Positions 9,343-19,487 of a stretch of DNA of 34,822 nucleotides are shown in pieces. The notes under the pieces are model-generated. The model was not told the DNA's origin, ran no database searches, and saw only the letters and a list, made by a program, of their open reading frames with translations. The DNA comes from Alphaproteobacteria bacterium (GTDB lineage: Bacteria > Pseudomonadota > Alphaproteobacteria > Geminicoccales > Geminicoccaceae). Numbering within the stretch: position 1 is the stretch's first letter; each line of letters opens with the position of its first letter. The stretch spans positions 1 through 34,822 of the forward strand of contig JALSGW010000007.1 in the NCBI GenBank assembly GCA_026982585.1. Reading direction: 5' to 3'. The position numbers were made by a program, and so were the translations under genes.

Positions 9343-10637
9343 CCGGGATGTTGGTGCGCGCGCGGGAGGAGGCACGGCCGTTGGCGCTCGGTCCGTTGCG
9401 CACCTCGCCCATCACGGTGCTGGATGTGGGCAGCACCAAGGTGGGTTGTTTCATCGCCCGCCCGCGCGCCTCGCGCGGTTTCAGCCTGCTGGGGCGGGGC
9501 TATCAGCTCGCCCAGGGCATCGACCGCGGCGACATCGTCGATGCCGGGGCGGCCGAGGAGTCCCTGCTCGCCGCCGTCCACGAGGCGGAACAACAGGCCG
9601 GCGAGACGGTGCGCGATGTGGTGCTGGTCACCGGCGCCGGCCGGCCCCGGTGCCGGCTGGTGCGTCTCGAGCATCGGCTCGGCGGCCTGCCGGTGCGCGG
9701 CGATCGGCTCCAACGTCTGTTCCGCGAGGGCGCCCAGGCCGCCGCCCAGGACGGGGAGGAGGTGCTGCATGTGGTGCCCGTGGAGCTGGCCGTGGACGAC
9801 GGTCGGCCGGTGCGGGACGCCCGCGGCATGCGCGGCGAGCGGCTCTCCGCCTGGCTCGCGGTGGTGACCGTGCAGGCCCGGGCGCTCGACCGCCTCATGA
9901 CCTGCCTCGAACGCTGCCATCTGCGGGTGGCCGAGGTGGTGGCGGCCCCCTATGCGGCCGGCATCGCCGCCACCACCGAGGAGGAGGCGGACCGCGGATG
10001 TCTGGTCCTCGACTTCGGCGGCGGCCTCACCACCTTCGCCCATTTCGCCGAAGGCCGCCTCGCCTACCTCGACAGCGTTCCCTACGGCGGCGTCCACGTC
10101 ACCGGCGACATCGCCTACGGTCTGTCCACCAGCAGGGAATACGCCGAGCGGCTCAAGACCCTGCACGGCAGCGCCGTGTGCCGGGCCCTGGACGACGACG
10201 CCCGCCTCATGGTGCCCCAGATCGGCGACGGACCCGAGGCGCCGGCGGCGGAGGTGCCGCGGGCCCAGCTCACCCGCATCATCCGGGCCCGGGTGGAGGA
10301 GATCCTGGAGTTCGTGCAGGAGAAACTGCGGGCGCAGCAGGAGCTCTTCGACCGCAAGCCGCCGCGCTCTATGGTGTTGACGGGCGGAGGAGCGGAGCTC
10401 GACGGCCTGGAGGAGCTGGTCGAGGAAATGTTCGGCGTGCCGGTGCGCCGCGGCCGGCCGGATCTCGTCTACAGTCGCCACGGCGTGGAGAACGAGCCGG
10501 CGCTGGCGGCGGCGAGCGGCGCCTTGTCCCTGGCCCTTGGAGACGACGATGGTCTGAGCTGGAGCGGATTGCGGGAGGAGGGCGGCCTGATGGCCTGGTT
10601 CGGCCGCTTCACCCGCTGGCTGTCGCGCAACTTCTAG
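9339..10637 (+). CDS. ftsA: Cell division protein FtsA (actin-like ATPase)
   Basis: The ATG at 9339 overlaps the ftsQ stop (ATGA). Motifs present are [24 protein letters not shown] and [12 protein letters not shown], with a C-terminal amphipathic membrane-targeting helix [17 protein letters not shown]. Confidence 0.93.
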   Translation: MTGMLVRAREEARPLALGPLRTSPITVLDVGSTKVGCFIARPRASRGFSLLGRGYQLAQGIDRGDIVDAGAAEESLLAAVHEAEQQAGETVRDVVLVTGAGRPRCRLVRLEHRLGGLPVRGDRLQRLFREGAQAAAQDGEEVLHVVPVELAVDDGRPVRDARGMRGERLSAWLAVVTVQARALDRLMTCLERCHLRVAEVVAAPYAAGIAATTEEEADRGCLVLDFGGGLTTFAHFAEGRLAYLDSVPYGGVHVTGDIAYGLSTSREYAERLKTLHGSAVCRALDDDARLMVPQIGDGPEAPAAEVPRAQLTRIIRARVEEILEFVQEKLRAQQELFDRKPPRSMVLTGGGAELDGLEELVEEMFGVPVRRGRPDLVYSRHGVENEPALAAASGALSLALGDDDGLSWSGLREEGGLMAWFGRFTRWLSRNF

Positions 10638-10722
10638 CGGCACACCGCCGCATGCGGCCGGCCGCCTGCCCACGGTCGGTCGCCACACAGGAGCCAAACA
10701 ACACCACCGCTGGAGGAGAATC

Positions 10723-12129
10723 ATGACCATCAACATCAGCCTCGCCCACACCCACGAACAAAAGGCGCGTATTACCGTGGTCGGCGTCGGCGGCGCCGGG
10801 GGAAACGCCCTCGACAATATGATCACCGAGCATCTCGAAGGGGTGGAGTTCCTGGCCTGCAACACCGATGCCCAGGCGCTCGCCCACTGTCTCGCCGAAC
10901 GCAAGGTGCAGCTCGGCGTCAACATCACCCAGGGGCTCGGCGCCGGCGCCAAGCCGGAGGTGGGCCGCGCCGCGGCCGAGGAATCCCTGGACGAAATCCT
11001 CGATCACCTGGCCGGCAGCAACATGGTGTTCATCACCGCCGGCATGGGCGGCGGCACCGGAACCGGCGCCGCCCCGGTGATCGCCCGGGCGGTGCGCGAA
11101 CAGGGCGCGCTCACCATCGGCGTGGTCACCAAACCCTTCCACTTCGAAGGCGCCGAGCGCATGCGCATCGCCGAGGCCGGCATCCTCGAGCTGCAGGAGT
11201 ACGTCGACACCCTGATCGTCATTCCCAACCAGAACCTGTTCCGACTCGCGAGCGAGCGCACCCCCGTCAAGGAGGCCTTCAAGCTCGCCGACAATGTGCT
11301 CTACATGGGCGTGCGCGGGGTGACCGACCTCATGATGGTGCGGGGCCTCATCAACCTCGATTTCGCCGATGTGCGCACCATCATGAGCGTGCTCGGCAAG
11401 TGCATGATGGGCACCGGCGAGGCCGAGGGGGAGCGGCGCGCCATCGAGGCGGCCGAAGGGGCGATCTCCAACCCGCTGCTCGAAGAAGTGTCGATGAAGG
11501 GGGCGCGCGCCTGCCTGATCAACGTCACCGCCGACGACAGCCTGACCCTGTTCGAGGTGGACGAGGCGATCAACCGCATCCGCGAGGAACTGGATGCCGA
11601 TGCCCACATCATCTTCGGCGCCGTGTTCGACAACAGCATGAACGGTCGCCTGCGCATCTCGGTGGTGGCGACCGGAATCGATTCCCCCACCGCCACCCAG
11701 GCGGCCGCCGCGAAGGAGGAGCAGCCGGCCGAGGAGACGCGGGCCGCGGCGGCGCCCTCGGGGTTCCGATTTCCCCCGCAGTCGCCGGCCAGCCGTCCCT
11801 ATCCGGCGGTGGGCGCCCGGCCTCGCACCGGCGGCGTGCCGCCGGCGCTCGGCCTCGAGCGGCCGAGCCGCAGCGAGCCGGTGGCACCGGCCGCCGGCGT
11901 GCAGGGTGCCGCGGCGGGCCCGGGCCGGCCCCGACCGGTTGCGCGCAGCGAATCGCGAAGCGGCCTCTTCGACCGGATGCGGCAGTTCACCCGCATGCGG
12001 CAGCCGACCGCGCCCCAGCCTCAGGCCGCTGCGCCGAGCCAGGCGACCCATCGCGAGGAGGTCAGCGCGCGGGACGAAATCGGCGACGTGCCCGCCTTCC
12101 TCAGACGCAAGGAACCCACCGAGGGTTGA
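10723..12129 (+). CDS. ftsZ: Cell division GTPase FtsZ
   Basis: GGAGGAG lies 5 nt upstream of the ATG. It carries GVGGAGGNA, the tubulin signature [13 protein letters not shown], and NLDFADV. A Pro/Ala/Arg-rich linker of roughly 130 aa is followed by the conserved C-terminal peptide DVPAFLRRK. Confidence 0.98.
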   Translation: MTINISLAHTHEQKARITVVGVGGAGGNALDNMITEHLEGVEFLACNTDAQALAHCLAERKVQLGVNITQGLGAGAKPEVGRAAAEESLDEILDHLAGSNMVFITAGMGGGTGTGAAPVIARAVREQGALTIGVVTKPFHFEGAERMRIAEAGILELQEYVDTLIVIPNQNLFRLASERTPVKEAFKLADNVLYMGVRGVTDLMMVRGLINLDFADVRTIMSVLGKCMMGTGEAEGERRAIEAAEGAISNPLLEEVSMKGARACLINVTADDSLTLFEVDEAINRIREELDADAHIIFGAVFDNSMNGRLRISVVATGIDSPTATQAAAAKEEQPAEETRAAAAPSGFRFPPQSPASRPYPAVGARPRTGGVPPALGLERPSRSEPVAPAAGVQGAAAGPGRPRPVARSESRSGLFDRMRQFTRMRQPTAPQPQAAAPSQATHREEVSARDEIGDVPAFLRRKEPTEG

Positions 12130-12154
12130 GCGGGCAGAGCAGGACATCACACGA

Positions 12155-12183
12155 ACGGCGGGCCTCGGCCCGCCGTTTCCTTC
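12155..12183 (+). terminator. Candidate intrinsic terminator of the dcw operon
   Basis: A 9-bp GC-rich stem ACGGCGGGC / GCCCGCCGT with loop CTCG is followed by TTTCCTTC, 25 nt after the ftsZ stop codon. Confidence 0.6.
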
Positions 12184-12249
12184 GGGAGCGACACGGCCTG
12201 CCCGGGAGCCCCTTCGCGGGTCGTGACCGCAGCACGGTCACACTAGTGG

Positions 12250-12711
12250 TCAGCGCAACAGCGAGAGCTGGGAGAGCTGTCCCTCCCAGAACCGGTCCAG
12301 GCGCACCAGCAGTTGGTTGGTGCGCTCGAGCTCCTCGCGGCGAATGCCCCGCCGCTCCAGCTCTTCGGCGCCCCTGCCATAGAGCGCGTCGATTTTCTCG
12401 ATCAGCCGGAGCCCCTTCTCGGACAGCCGCACCCGCGTCATGCGCCGATCGTGGGTCGAGCGCTCCTGCATGAGATAGCCGTTCTCGACCAGTTTCCGCA
12501 CGTTGTAGGAGACGTTCGAGCCCAAATAACAGCCGCGCAGGGTGAGCTCGCCGACGGTCAGGGTCTCGCCGCCGATGTTGAACAGAATCAAGGTCTGGAC
12601 GTTGTTGATGTCCTCGACGCCCAGCCGGTCGAGCTCCGCCTTGACGACATCCAGGAAACGCCGGTGGAGGCGCTCGATCAACCGTGAGGTGAGGATGTAG
12701 GCGTCCTTCAC
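12250..12711 (-). CDS. MarR-family winged-helix transcriptional regulator
   Basis: A winged-HTH core (LTVGELTLRGCYLGSNVSYNVRKLVENGYLMQERSTHDRRMTRVRLSEKG) is typical of MarR proteins. The start is uncertain: GTG at 12711 is preferred (GAGGG upstream), GTG at 12741 is possible, and the track start at 12798 would overlap the mmsB 3' end by 23 nt. Confidence 0.8.
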   Translation of the reverse strand: MKDAYILTSRLIERLHRRFLDVVKAELDRLGVEDINNVQTLILFNIGGETLTVGELTLRGCYLGSNVSYNVRKLVENGYLMQERSTHDRRMTRVRLSEKGLRLIEKIDALYGRGAEELERRGIRREELERTNQLLVRLDRFWEGQLSQLSLLR

Positions 12712-12775
12712 GTTGCCCTCGACGATGGATCCCCCGGCCACGCCGTTTGCGCGACCACGATGCGGCCGTATGCAA

Positions 12776-13672
12776 CTACAATTTGCCCTCGCCCGCAATC
12801 ATCTTGATAATCGCGGAAAAATCCAGCCCCTCGTGGCCGGCGTTGGCGAACAGGGCGTAGAGGTGGCAGGCGAGGCCTCCGAGAGGGGTGGCGCTTTGGG
12901 TGCGGATGGCGCTTTCCTGGGCGAGGCGGAGGTCCTTGAGCATCATGGCCACGGTGAAACCGGGCTGGTAGTCGCGGTTGGAGGGTGCGGTGGGCACCGG
13001 TCCGGGAACCGGGCAGTAACTGGTGAGGGACCAGCACTGTCCGGAGGACCGCGAGGCGATCTCGAACAGTTTGTCTGCGGCGAGTCCCAGCCGTTCGGCC
13101 AGGGCGAAGGCCTCGCACACCGAAATCATCTGGATACCGAGCATCAGATTGTTGCAGATTTTGGCGGCCTGGCCGGTACCCGCCGGTCCCGCGTGGACCA
13201 CGGTGCGGCCCATGGCCTCGAGCAATGGGCGCGCGCGGGCGAAGGCCGCCTCCTCGCCCCCGACCATGAAGGTCAAGGTGGCCGCCTCCGCGCCCGCCAC
13301 CCCGCCCGAGACCGGCGCGTCCACCATGGCACAGCCCCGCTCGGCGGCGTGCCGGTGGACCAGTCGCGCGCTGTCGACGTCGATGGTGGAGCTGTCGATG
13401 AGCAGGCTGCCCGGCGCCACCCGGGCCAGGATGCCCTCGGGAGCGAGATAGGCATCGCGCACCTCGGGCCCGGCGGGCAGCATGGTGATCACCGTCTCCG
13501 CCTTCTCGAGCGCGGTCGCGAGGCTGTCGGCCACCTGCAGCCCGGACGCACGCGCGCGCTCCCGGGCCGGCGGCGCCAGGTCGAAGCCGATCACCTCGTG
13601 GCCCGCGCGGGCGAGGTTGCGGGCCATGGGCCCGCCCATGTTGCCGAGTCCGATGAACGCCACCCTGCTCAT
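12776..13672 (-). CDS. mmsB: 3-hydroxyisobutyrate dehydrogenase
   Basis: The internal ATG at 13672 is preceded by GGAGGAAG. It has the N-terminal Rossmann motif VAFIGLGNMGGPMARNL, plus DAPVSGG and GQAAKICNN, typical of the HIBADH family. Adjacent valine-pathway genes support the call. Confidence 0.9.
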   Translation of the reverse strand: MSRVAFIGLGNMGGPMARNLARAGHEVIGFDLAPPARERARASGLQVADSLATALEKAETVITMLPAGPEVRDAYLAPEGILARVAPGSLLIDSSTIDVDSARLVHRHAAERGCAMVDAPVSGGVAGAEAATLTFMVGGEEAAFARARPLLEAMGRTVVHAGPAGTGQAAKICNNLMLGIQMISVCEAFALAERLGLAADKLFEIASRSSGQCWSLTSYCPVPGPVPTAPSNRDYQPGFTVAMMLKDLRLAQESAIRTQSATPLGGLACHLYALFANAGHEGLDFSAIIKMIAGEGKL

Positions 13673-13703
13673 GATGCTTCCTCCCCGGCCATCCGGCCTG
13701 CGC

Positions 13704-14777
13704 TCACGGGTCCCAGTCGAGAGGCAGCTGGACCTCTGCGTGCGCGGTGAAGAAGCGGTCCACCGCCTCCTCCGGCACACAGGCGACGGTGGCATAGCGC
13801 CAGCGCGGCTTGCGGTCCCGCTCCACCACGATCGCCCGCACCCCTTCCGCGAACTCCTCCTCTTCGAGGAACCCTCGCACCAGCCGATACTCGAGGCGCA
13901 TGGCCTGTTCGAACTCCAGGCTCCGCCCGAGGCGGAGTTGGCGGAAGGTGATCTTGAGGGCGAGGGGCGACTTCTGGGCCAAAACCTCGAGCTGGGCGGA
14001 GCCGAACCCGTCCGCATCCGCCTCGAGGGCCGCCCACACCTCCTCGAGCCGGTCGCGGGCGAAGCAGCGATCGATGGCCGGGCGCAGGCGGGCGATCTCG
14101 GACGGCTCCGGCGGCTCGGCGTAGGCCAGCAGCACTTCCTCCACCGCCTCGGCCAGCTCGCCGGCCGGAACCGCCGCCAGCCGCTCCTCGATCTCCGGCC
14201 AGCGCTCGGCCCGGATGCGGTGGGTGGCGATGCCGAGATGAAGGCAATCGGCGGCCCGGATCCGCGCCCCGGTGAGGCCGAGGTACATGCCGCTTGCCCC
14301 CGGCAGACGGGGCAGGAAATAGGTGCCGCCCACGTCCGGGAAGAAGCCGATGCCGGTCTCGGGCATGGCGAACAGGGTGCGTTCGGTGACGATGCGATGG
14401 CTGCCGTGGATCGAGATCCCGACCCCGCCGCCCATGGTGATGCCGTCCATCACCGCCAGATAGGGCTTGGGAAACCGTTTGATGCGCCAGTTGAGGCGGT
14501 ACTCGTCGTGGAAGAAGCTCCAGGCCGCGTCCACCCCGAGACGCCGCCTGCGCTCCATGATCTCCCGCACGTCGCCGCCGGCGCAGAACGCCCGCCCCGG
14601 GGCGGGGCGTACCACCACCGCGCCCACCTCCGGATCCTCCCGCCACCGCCGCAGCCATCCGGACAGCGTCCGCACCATGGCGTGGTTGAGGGCGTTGAGC
14701 GCGTCCTGGCGATCCAGGATCACCACGGCGAGACCGCCGCGGCGTCGAAGCCGAAGATGGTCGCGCACCTGCTCCAT
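13704..14777 (-). CDS. 3-hydroxyisobutyryl-CoA hydrolase (crotonase superfamily)
   Basis: The crotonase fold shows FCAGGDV, MDGITMGGGVGIS and AMPETGIGFFPDVGG, with the long C-terminal extension typical of HIBCH-type hydrolases. ATG at 14777 is preferred; TTG at 14792 is an alternative. Confidence 0.85.
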   Translation of the reverse strand: MEQVRDHLRLRRRGGLAVVILDRQDALNALNHAMVRTLSGWLRRWREDPEVGAVVVRPAPGRAFCAGGDVREIMERRRRLGVDAAWSFFHDEYRLNWRIKRFPKPYLAVMDGITMGGGVGISIHGSHRIVTERTLFAMPETGIGFFPDVGGTYFLPRLPGASGMYLGLTGARIRAADCLHLGIATHRIRAERWPEIEERLAAVPAGELAEAVEEVLLAYAEPPEPSEIARLRPAIDRCFARDRLEEVWAALEADADGFGSAQLEVLAQKSPLALKITFRQLRLGRSLEFEQAMRLEYRLVRGFLEEEEFAEGVRAIVVERDRKPRWRYATVACVPEEAVDRFFTAHAEVQLPLDWDP

Positions 14778-14794
14778 CGCGAACCGGTCCAAGC

Positions 14795-15946
14795 CTAGGC
14801 GTTGAGCAGCCGGCGGGCGATGATCACCCGCATGATTTCGTTGGTGCCCTCGAGGATCCGGTGCACCCGCAGATCCCGGAGATACCGTTCGATCTCATAC
14901 TCGCGGATGTAACCGTAGCCGCCGTGGAGCTGGAGCGCCTCGTCCACCACCCGAAAGCCCACGTCGGTGGCAAGCCGTTTCGCCATGGCACAGAAACAGG
15001 TGGCGTCCCGATCGCCGTTGTCGAGCTTGGCTGCCGCGCGCCGCACCAGAAGCCGGGCCGCCTCGAGCTCGGTGGCCATGTCCGCGAGGCGGAACTGCAG
15101 GGCCTGGAACTCCGCGATGGGACGTCCGAACTGGCGCCGCTCCCGCACATAGGAAAGCGCCTTGTCGAGACAGGCCTGGGCACCGCCCAGGGAACATGCG
15201 GCGATGTTGACGCGGCCGCCGTCCAGCGCCGCCATGGCGATCTTGAACCCTTCGCCCTCCGCCCCCAGCCGATGGCGCACCGGCACCCGGCAGTCCTCGA
15301 GGATCACCTGGGCGGTGGGCTGGGAGTGCCAGCCGAGTTTCTTCTCCTGGGCGCCGAAGGAGAGACCTTTGGTGCCCTTCTCCACCACCAGGGCGCTGAT
15401 GCCCCGCGGGCCCTCCTCGCCGGTGCGGCACATCACCACGTAGATGTCGCTGGCATCGGCCCCGGAGATGAACGCCTTGACGCCGGAGAGCACGTAGTCG
15501 TCGCCGTCCCGCCGCGCCCGGGTGCGGAGGCTCGCGGCGTCGGAGCCGGCGCCGGGCTCGGTGAGACAGTAGCTCGCGAACCGGTTCATGGTGACGAGGT
15601 CCGGCAGCCAGGCCGCCTTCTGGGCGTCGGTCCCGAAGCGGTCGATCATCCACGCCACCATGTTGTGGATGGAGATGTAGGCGGCGGTGGACGGACAGGC
15701 GGCCGCCAGCTCCTCGAAGAGCACGGTACCGGCGAGCCGGGAGAGCGCGCTTCCGCCCCAGCGTTCCTCCACGAACAGCCCGCCGAATCCGAGCGCCGCC
15801 GCCTCGCGCAGCACATCCACCGGGAACAGGTTCTCCGCATCCCAGCGCCCCGCCTCGGGGGCCATGCGTTCACGGGCGAAGGCCCGGGCGAGCTCGGCCA
15901 GCGCCCGCTCGTCGTCGTTGAGGTCGAACCGCACCGCTTGCTCCAT
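14795..15946 (-). CDS. Acyl-CoA dehydrogenase, probably isobutyryl-CoA dehydrogenase
   Basis: The start is the internal ATG at 15946. ACAD motifs present are CLTEPGAGSDA and GGYGYIREYEIERYLRDLRVHRILEGTNEI. Substrate assignment rests only on the neighbouring valine-catabolism genes. Confidence 0.88.
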   Translation of the reverse strand: MEQAVRFDLNDDERALAELARAFARERMAPEAGRWDAENLFPVDVLREAAALGFGGLFVEERWGGSALSRLAGTVLFEELAAACPSTAAYISIHNMVAWMIDRFGTDAQKAAWLPDLVTMNRFASYCLTEPGAGSDAASLRTRARRDGDDYVLSGVKAFISGADASDIYVVMCRTGEEGPRGISALVVEKGTKGLSFGAQEKKLGWHSQPTAQVILEDCRVPVRHRLGAEGEGFKIAMAALDGGRVNIAACSLGGAQACLDKALSYVRERRQFGRPIAEFQALQFRLADMATELEAARLLVRRAAAKLDNGDRDATCFCAMAKRLATDVGFRVVDEALQLHGGYGYIREYEIERYLRDLRVHRILEGTNEIMRVIIARRLLNA

Positions 15947-15984
15947 CGGCCTCGCGCCTTCGCTAGTCGCGCTGGACCTCCCGG

Positions 15985-17037
<1,053 letters not shown>

Positions 17038-17150
17038 CTATCGCGCGCGCCGGGGTCGGGCCAAGCGGCAAAGCGCCGCCTTGGGCGAGCGCTTGCGCGG
17101 CGGACGAAAACCGGGAAAGAGGTGCGCGTTCCGGACGGAGGAGGGTGCCG

Positions 17151-17999
17151 GTGGACGCGGAACTGGCACGGAAGGACGCCGTGCGGCGCTGGTTCGAGGA
17201 GCTTAGGGACCGGCTCTGCGCGGCCTTCGAAGAGCTCGAGGACCGCTATGCCGGGGCGGAGCTCGCCCATCTGCCGCCGGGGCGGTTCGAGCGTCGGTCC
17301 TGGAAACGCCCGGGCGGCGGCGGCGGGGTGATGGCGCTCATGCGCGGGCGGGTGTTCGAGAAGGTCGGGGTGAACGTCTCCACCGTGCACGGCACGCTTC
17401 CGCCCGGCTTCGCCCGGGAGATCCCGGGTGCTGCGGAGGATCCCAGCTTCTGGGCGAGCGGCCTGTCGCTGGTGGCGCACCCGCGCAATCCCTACGCGCC
17501 GCCGGCCCACCTCAACACCCGCCACATCCGCACCCGCAAGAGCTGGTTTGGCGGTGCTGCCGACCTCAACCCCATCTATCCCGACCCCGCGGACACCGAA
17601 CGGTTCCACCGCCGGCTCAAGGAGGCCTGCGACGCCTTCGATCCCGCCTGGTATCCGCGATTCAAACGATGGTGTGACGAGTATTTCTACCTGCCTCACC
17701 GCAAGGAGCCGCGCGGAGTGGGCGGCATCTTCTACGACGATCTCGAAGGGGATTTCGACCGCCTCTTCGCCTTCACCCGGGCGGTCGGCGAGGCCTTCCT
17801 CGAGGTCTATCCAACACTGGTCGCACGACACATGGACCGGCCCTTCGGCGAGGAGGAGCGGCGCTTCCAGCTCGAGCGCCGCGGGCGTTACGTGGAATTC
17901 AACCTCCTCTTCGATCGCGGCACCCGTTTCGGAATCATGACCGGAGGACATCCCGACGCGGTGCTGATGTCGCTGCCGCCGCTCGTGGCCTGGCCGTGA
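17151..17999 (+). CDS. hemF: Oxygen-dependent coproporphyrinogen-III oxidase
   Basis: The GTG at 17151 is preceded by GGAGGAGGG. HemF motifs present are GGGGVMALMRGRVFEKVGVNVS, SLVAHPRNPYAPPAHLNTR, WFGGAADLNP, GVGGIFYDDL and YVEFNLLFDRGTRFG. Confidence 0.93.
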   Translation: MDAELARKDAVRRWFEELRDRLCAAFEELEDRYAGAELAHLPPGRFERRSWKRPGGGGGVMALMRGRVFEKVGVNVSTVHGTLPPGFAREIPGAAEDPSFWASGLSLVAHPRNPYAPPAHLNTRHIRTRKSWFGGAADLNPIYPDPADTERFHRRLKEACDAFDPAWYPRFKRWCDEYFYLPHRKEPRGVGGIFYDDLEGDFDRLFAFTRAVGEAFLEVYPTLVARHMDRPFGEEERRFQLERRGRYVEFNLLFDRGTRFGIMTGGHPDAVLMSLPPLVAWP

Positions 18000-18079
18000 G
18001 CGGCTTGACCGGGGCCCTTGTCCTTTGCAGGGTAGGCGCACATGGGTGTCCCGTGCCTGCCCAAGCGGCGGAGGTGGTC

Positions 18080-18532
18080 ATGCAGCGGCGAATCGTTCCC
18101 CACATCATCGACGGAAGGCAGGATCTGTGCTGCATCTCGCCGGCGATCACGGTGCGCGAGGCCGCACAGCTGCTTCGCGATCGGCGCATCGGCGCGCTTT
18201 TGGTGCTCGAGGGGAAGCGGCTCTGCGGCATCATCACCGAACGCGACATCACCTACAAGCTGGTGGCCGACGGACGCGATCCCGATTCGGTGCGGGTGGG
18301 CGAGATCATGACCCGCGATCCCGTCACCGTGCGCCCCGACCAGACCGCCGCCGAGGCGGTGGACATCATGAAGGAGGGCGGGTTCCGCCACGTGCCGGTG
18401 GTGGACGGGGAGCGGCTCGTCGGCATCGTCAGCCTGCGCGACCTCTATGAGGCGCTGCGCAAGAGCCTCGAGGAGGACCTTCAGGACGTGGAGAGCTTCA
18501 TCCAGGGCGAAGCCTACGGGGTGGCGGGGTGA
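18080..18532 (+). CDS. Stand-alone CBS-domain pair protein
   Basis: The ATG at 18080 is preceded by GGAGGTGG. There are two CBS repeats (IGALLVLEGKRLCGIITERDI and FRHVPVVDGERLVGIVSLRDL). The protein is about 150 aa with no other domain. Confidence 0.85.
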   Translation: MQRRIVPHIIDGRQDLCCISPAITVREAAQLLRDRRIGALLVLEGKRLCGIITERDITYKLVADGRDPDSVRVGEIMTRDPVTVRPDQTAAEAVDIMKEGGFRHVPVVDGERLVGIVSLRDLYEALRKSLEEDLQDVESFIQGEAYGVAG

Positions 18533-19191
18533 GCGGCGAGCCGCGACGGACCCCGGCCAGCGGCCGGCTCGCTGGCTACGAAGGACCCGGGCCCGCGGCT
18601 TGCGGGCGCCGGCCCCTGCATCGTCGCGAGATCCGGCTGTGCGGCTACGAGCGCGACGACGGGCGCTTCGAGGTCGAGGGCTGGCTCGTGGACACCAAGG
18701 CCTATGCCTTCGAGAACCGCCATCGCGGGCGCATCGAGCCGGGCGAGCCGCTCCACGCCATGGGGCTGCGTCTGGTGGTGGACGAGGATCTGGTCATCCA
18801 CGACGCCGAGGCGGTGATGGAGGCGGCGCCCTTCTCCGTCTGCCCGGCCATCACGCCGGCCTTCAAACGGCTCGTCGGGCTGCGCATCGGACCCGGGTTC
18901 CGGAGAGAGGTGCGAAACCGGCTCGGCGGCGTGCAGGGGTGCACCCACCTGGTGGAACTGCTTCCAGCCCTCGCCACCACCGCCATCCAGACCATCATGC
19001 CGATCCGCGCACGCCGGCGGCGGGCGCGGGGCGAAGGGGAGGAGCGGCCGCCGGCGCTCGACGGCTGCCATGCGCTGCGCCGGGACGGTCCGGTGGTGCG
19101 GGAGTACTTCCCCGAATGGTTCACCGGCGAGGCGGACCCGTCCGGGCGGGCCCCTCTCCCGTCTCCTCGGGAGCCAAAAGGCGCAGGCTGA
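18529..19191 (+). CDS. DUF2889-family protein (function unknown)
   Basis: The GTG at 18529 overlaps the CBS gene stop (GTGA). I recognise the pattern HAMGLRLVVDEDLVI..., FSVCPAI... and GVQGCTHLVELL as the DUF2889 family signature; this is from memory and not verified by search. Confidence 0.7.
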   Translation: MSGEPRRTPASGRLAGYEGPGPAACGRRPLHRREIRLCGYERDDGRFEVEGWLVDTKAYAFENRHRGRIEPGEPLHAMGLRLVVDEDLVIHDAEAVMEAAPFSVCPAITPAFKRLVGLRIGPGFRREVRNRLGGVQGCTHLVELLPALATTAIQTIMPIRARRRRARGEGEERPPALDGCHALRRDGPVVREYFPEWFTGEADPSGRAPLPSPREPKGAG

Positions 19192-19435
19192 GGGCGTGGA
19201 TCGGGCCGGCGAGCAGGTCCCGAAGACAATCGTGAACCCGCCGTTCGCGGGCGATCCGGCTCAGGCCCGAGAAGGCCGCGCTCACCATCACCACCCGGAA
19301 GTGGCTCTCGCCGCCCTCCCGATAGCCCGCATGGCCTCGGTGGCGTTCCGACTGGTCCTCGATCTCCAGTCTTAGGGGCGCGAAAGCGCCCTCGAGCCGG
19401 CGCCGCAGCTCCCGTGCGATGGGTTGCCTGTCCAT
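19121..19435 (-). CDS. bolA: BolA-family protein
   Basis: The start is the internal ATG at 19435. The BolA pattern is present: LEIEDQSERHRGH...ESHFRVVMVSAAFSGLSRIARERRVHDCL...GPIHALSL. The 3' end overlaps the convergent DUF2889 ORF by 71 nt. Confidence 0.85.
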   Translation of the reverse strand: MDRQPIARELRRRLEGAFAPLRLEIEDQSERHRGHAGYREGGESHFRVVMVSAAFSGLSRIARERRVHDCLRDLLAGPIHALSLRLLAPEETGEGPARTGPPRR

Positions 19436-19487
19436 CCCCACCTCGATAGGCTGGATCGAGCCTGACGCGACATATGGATTCCCGCCG

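Noticed and set aside
10718-10722. A GANTC (GAATC) CcrM-type methylation site between the Shine-Dalgarno sequence and the ATG of ftsZ. It recalls the methylation control of ftsZ in Caulobacter.
   Set aside because: At this base composition a GANTC is expected roughly every 360 nt. One hit in an 85-nt spacer is therefore not significant, and its position in the leader differs from the promoter-proximal site described in Caulobacter.
12223-12241. A hairpin GTGACCG-CAGCA-CGGTCAC just downstream of the MarR gene stop, considered as a second or bidirectional terminator.
   Set aside because: It is a 7-bp stem with no U-tract on either strand. The stronger hairpin at 12155-12176, with its T-rich tail, already accounts for dcw termination.
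12578-12591. A near-perfect FNR/FixK-type box, TTGAA-CAGA-ATCAA. It is of interest because the window encodes a Crp/Fnr regulator with the matching E--SR recognition helix.
   Set aside because: It lies in the middle of the MarR coding sequence (encoding LILFNI), with no downstream gene start to regulate. No comparable box was found in any intergenic region of the window.
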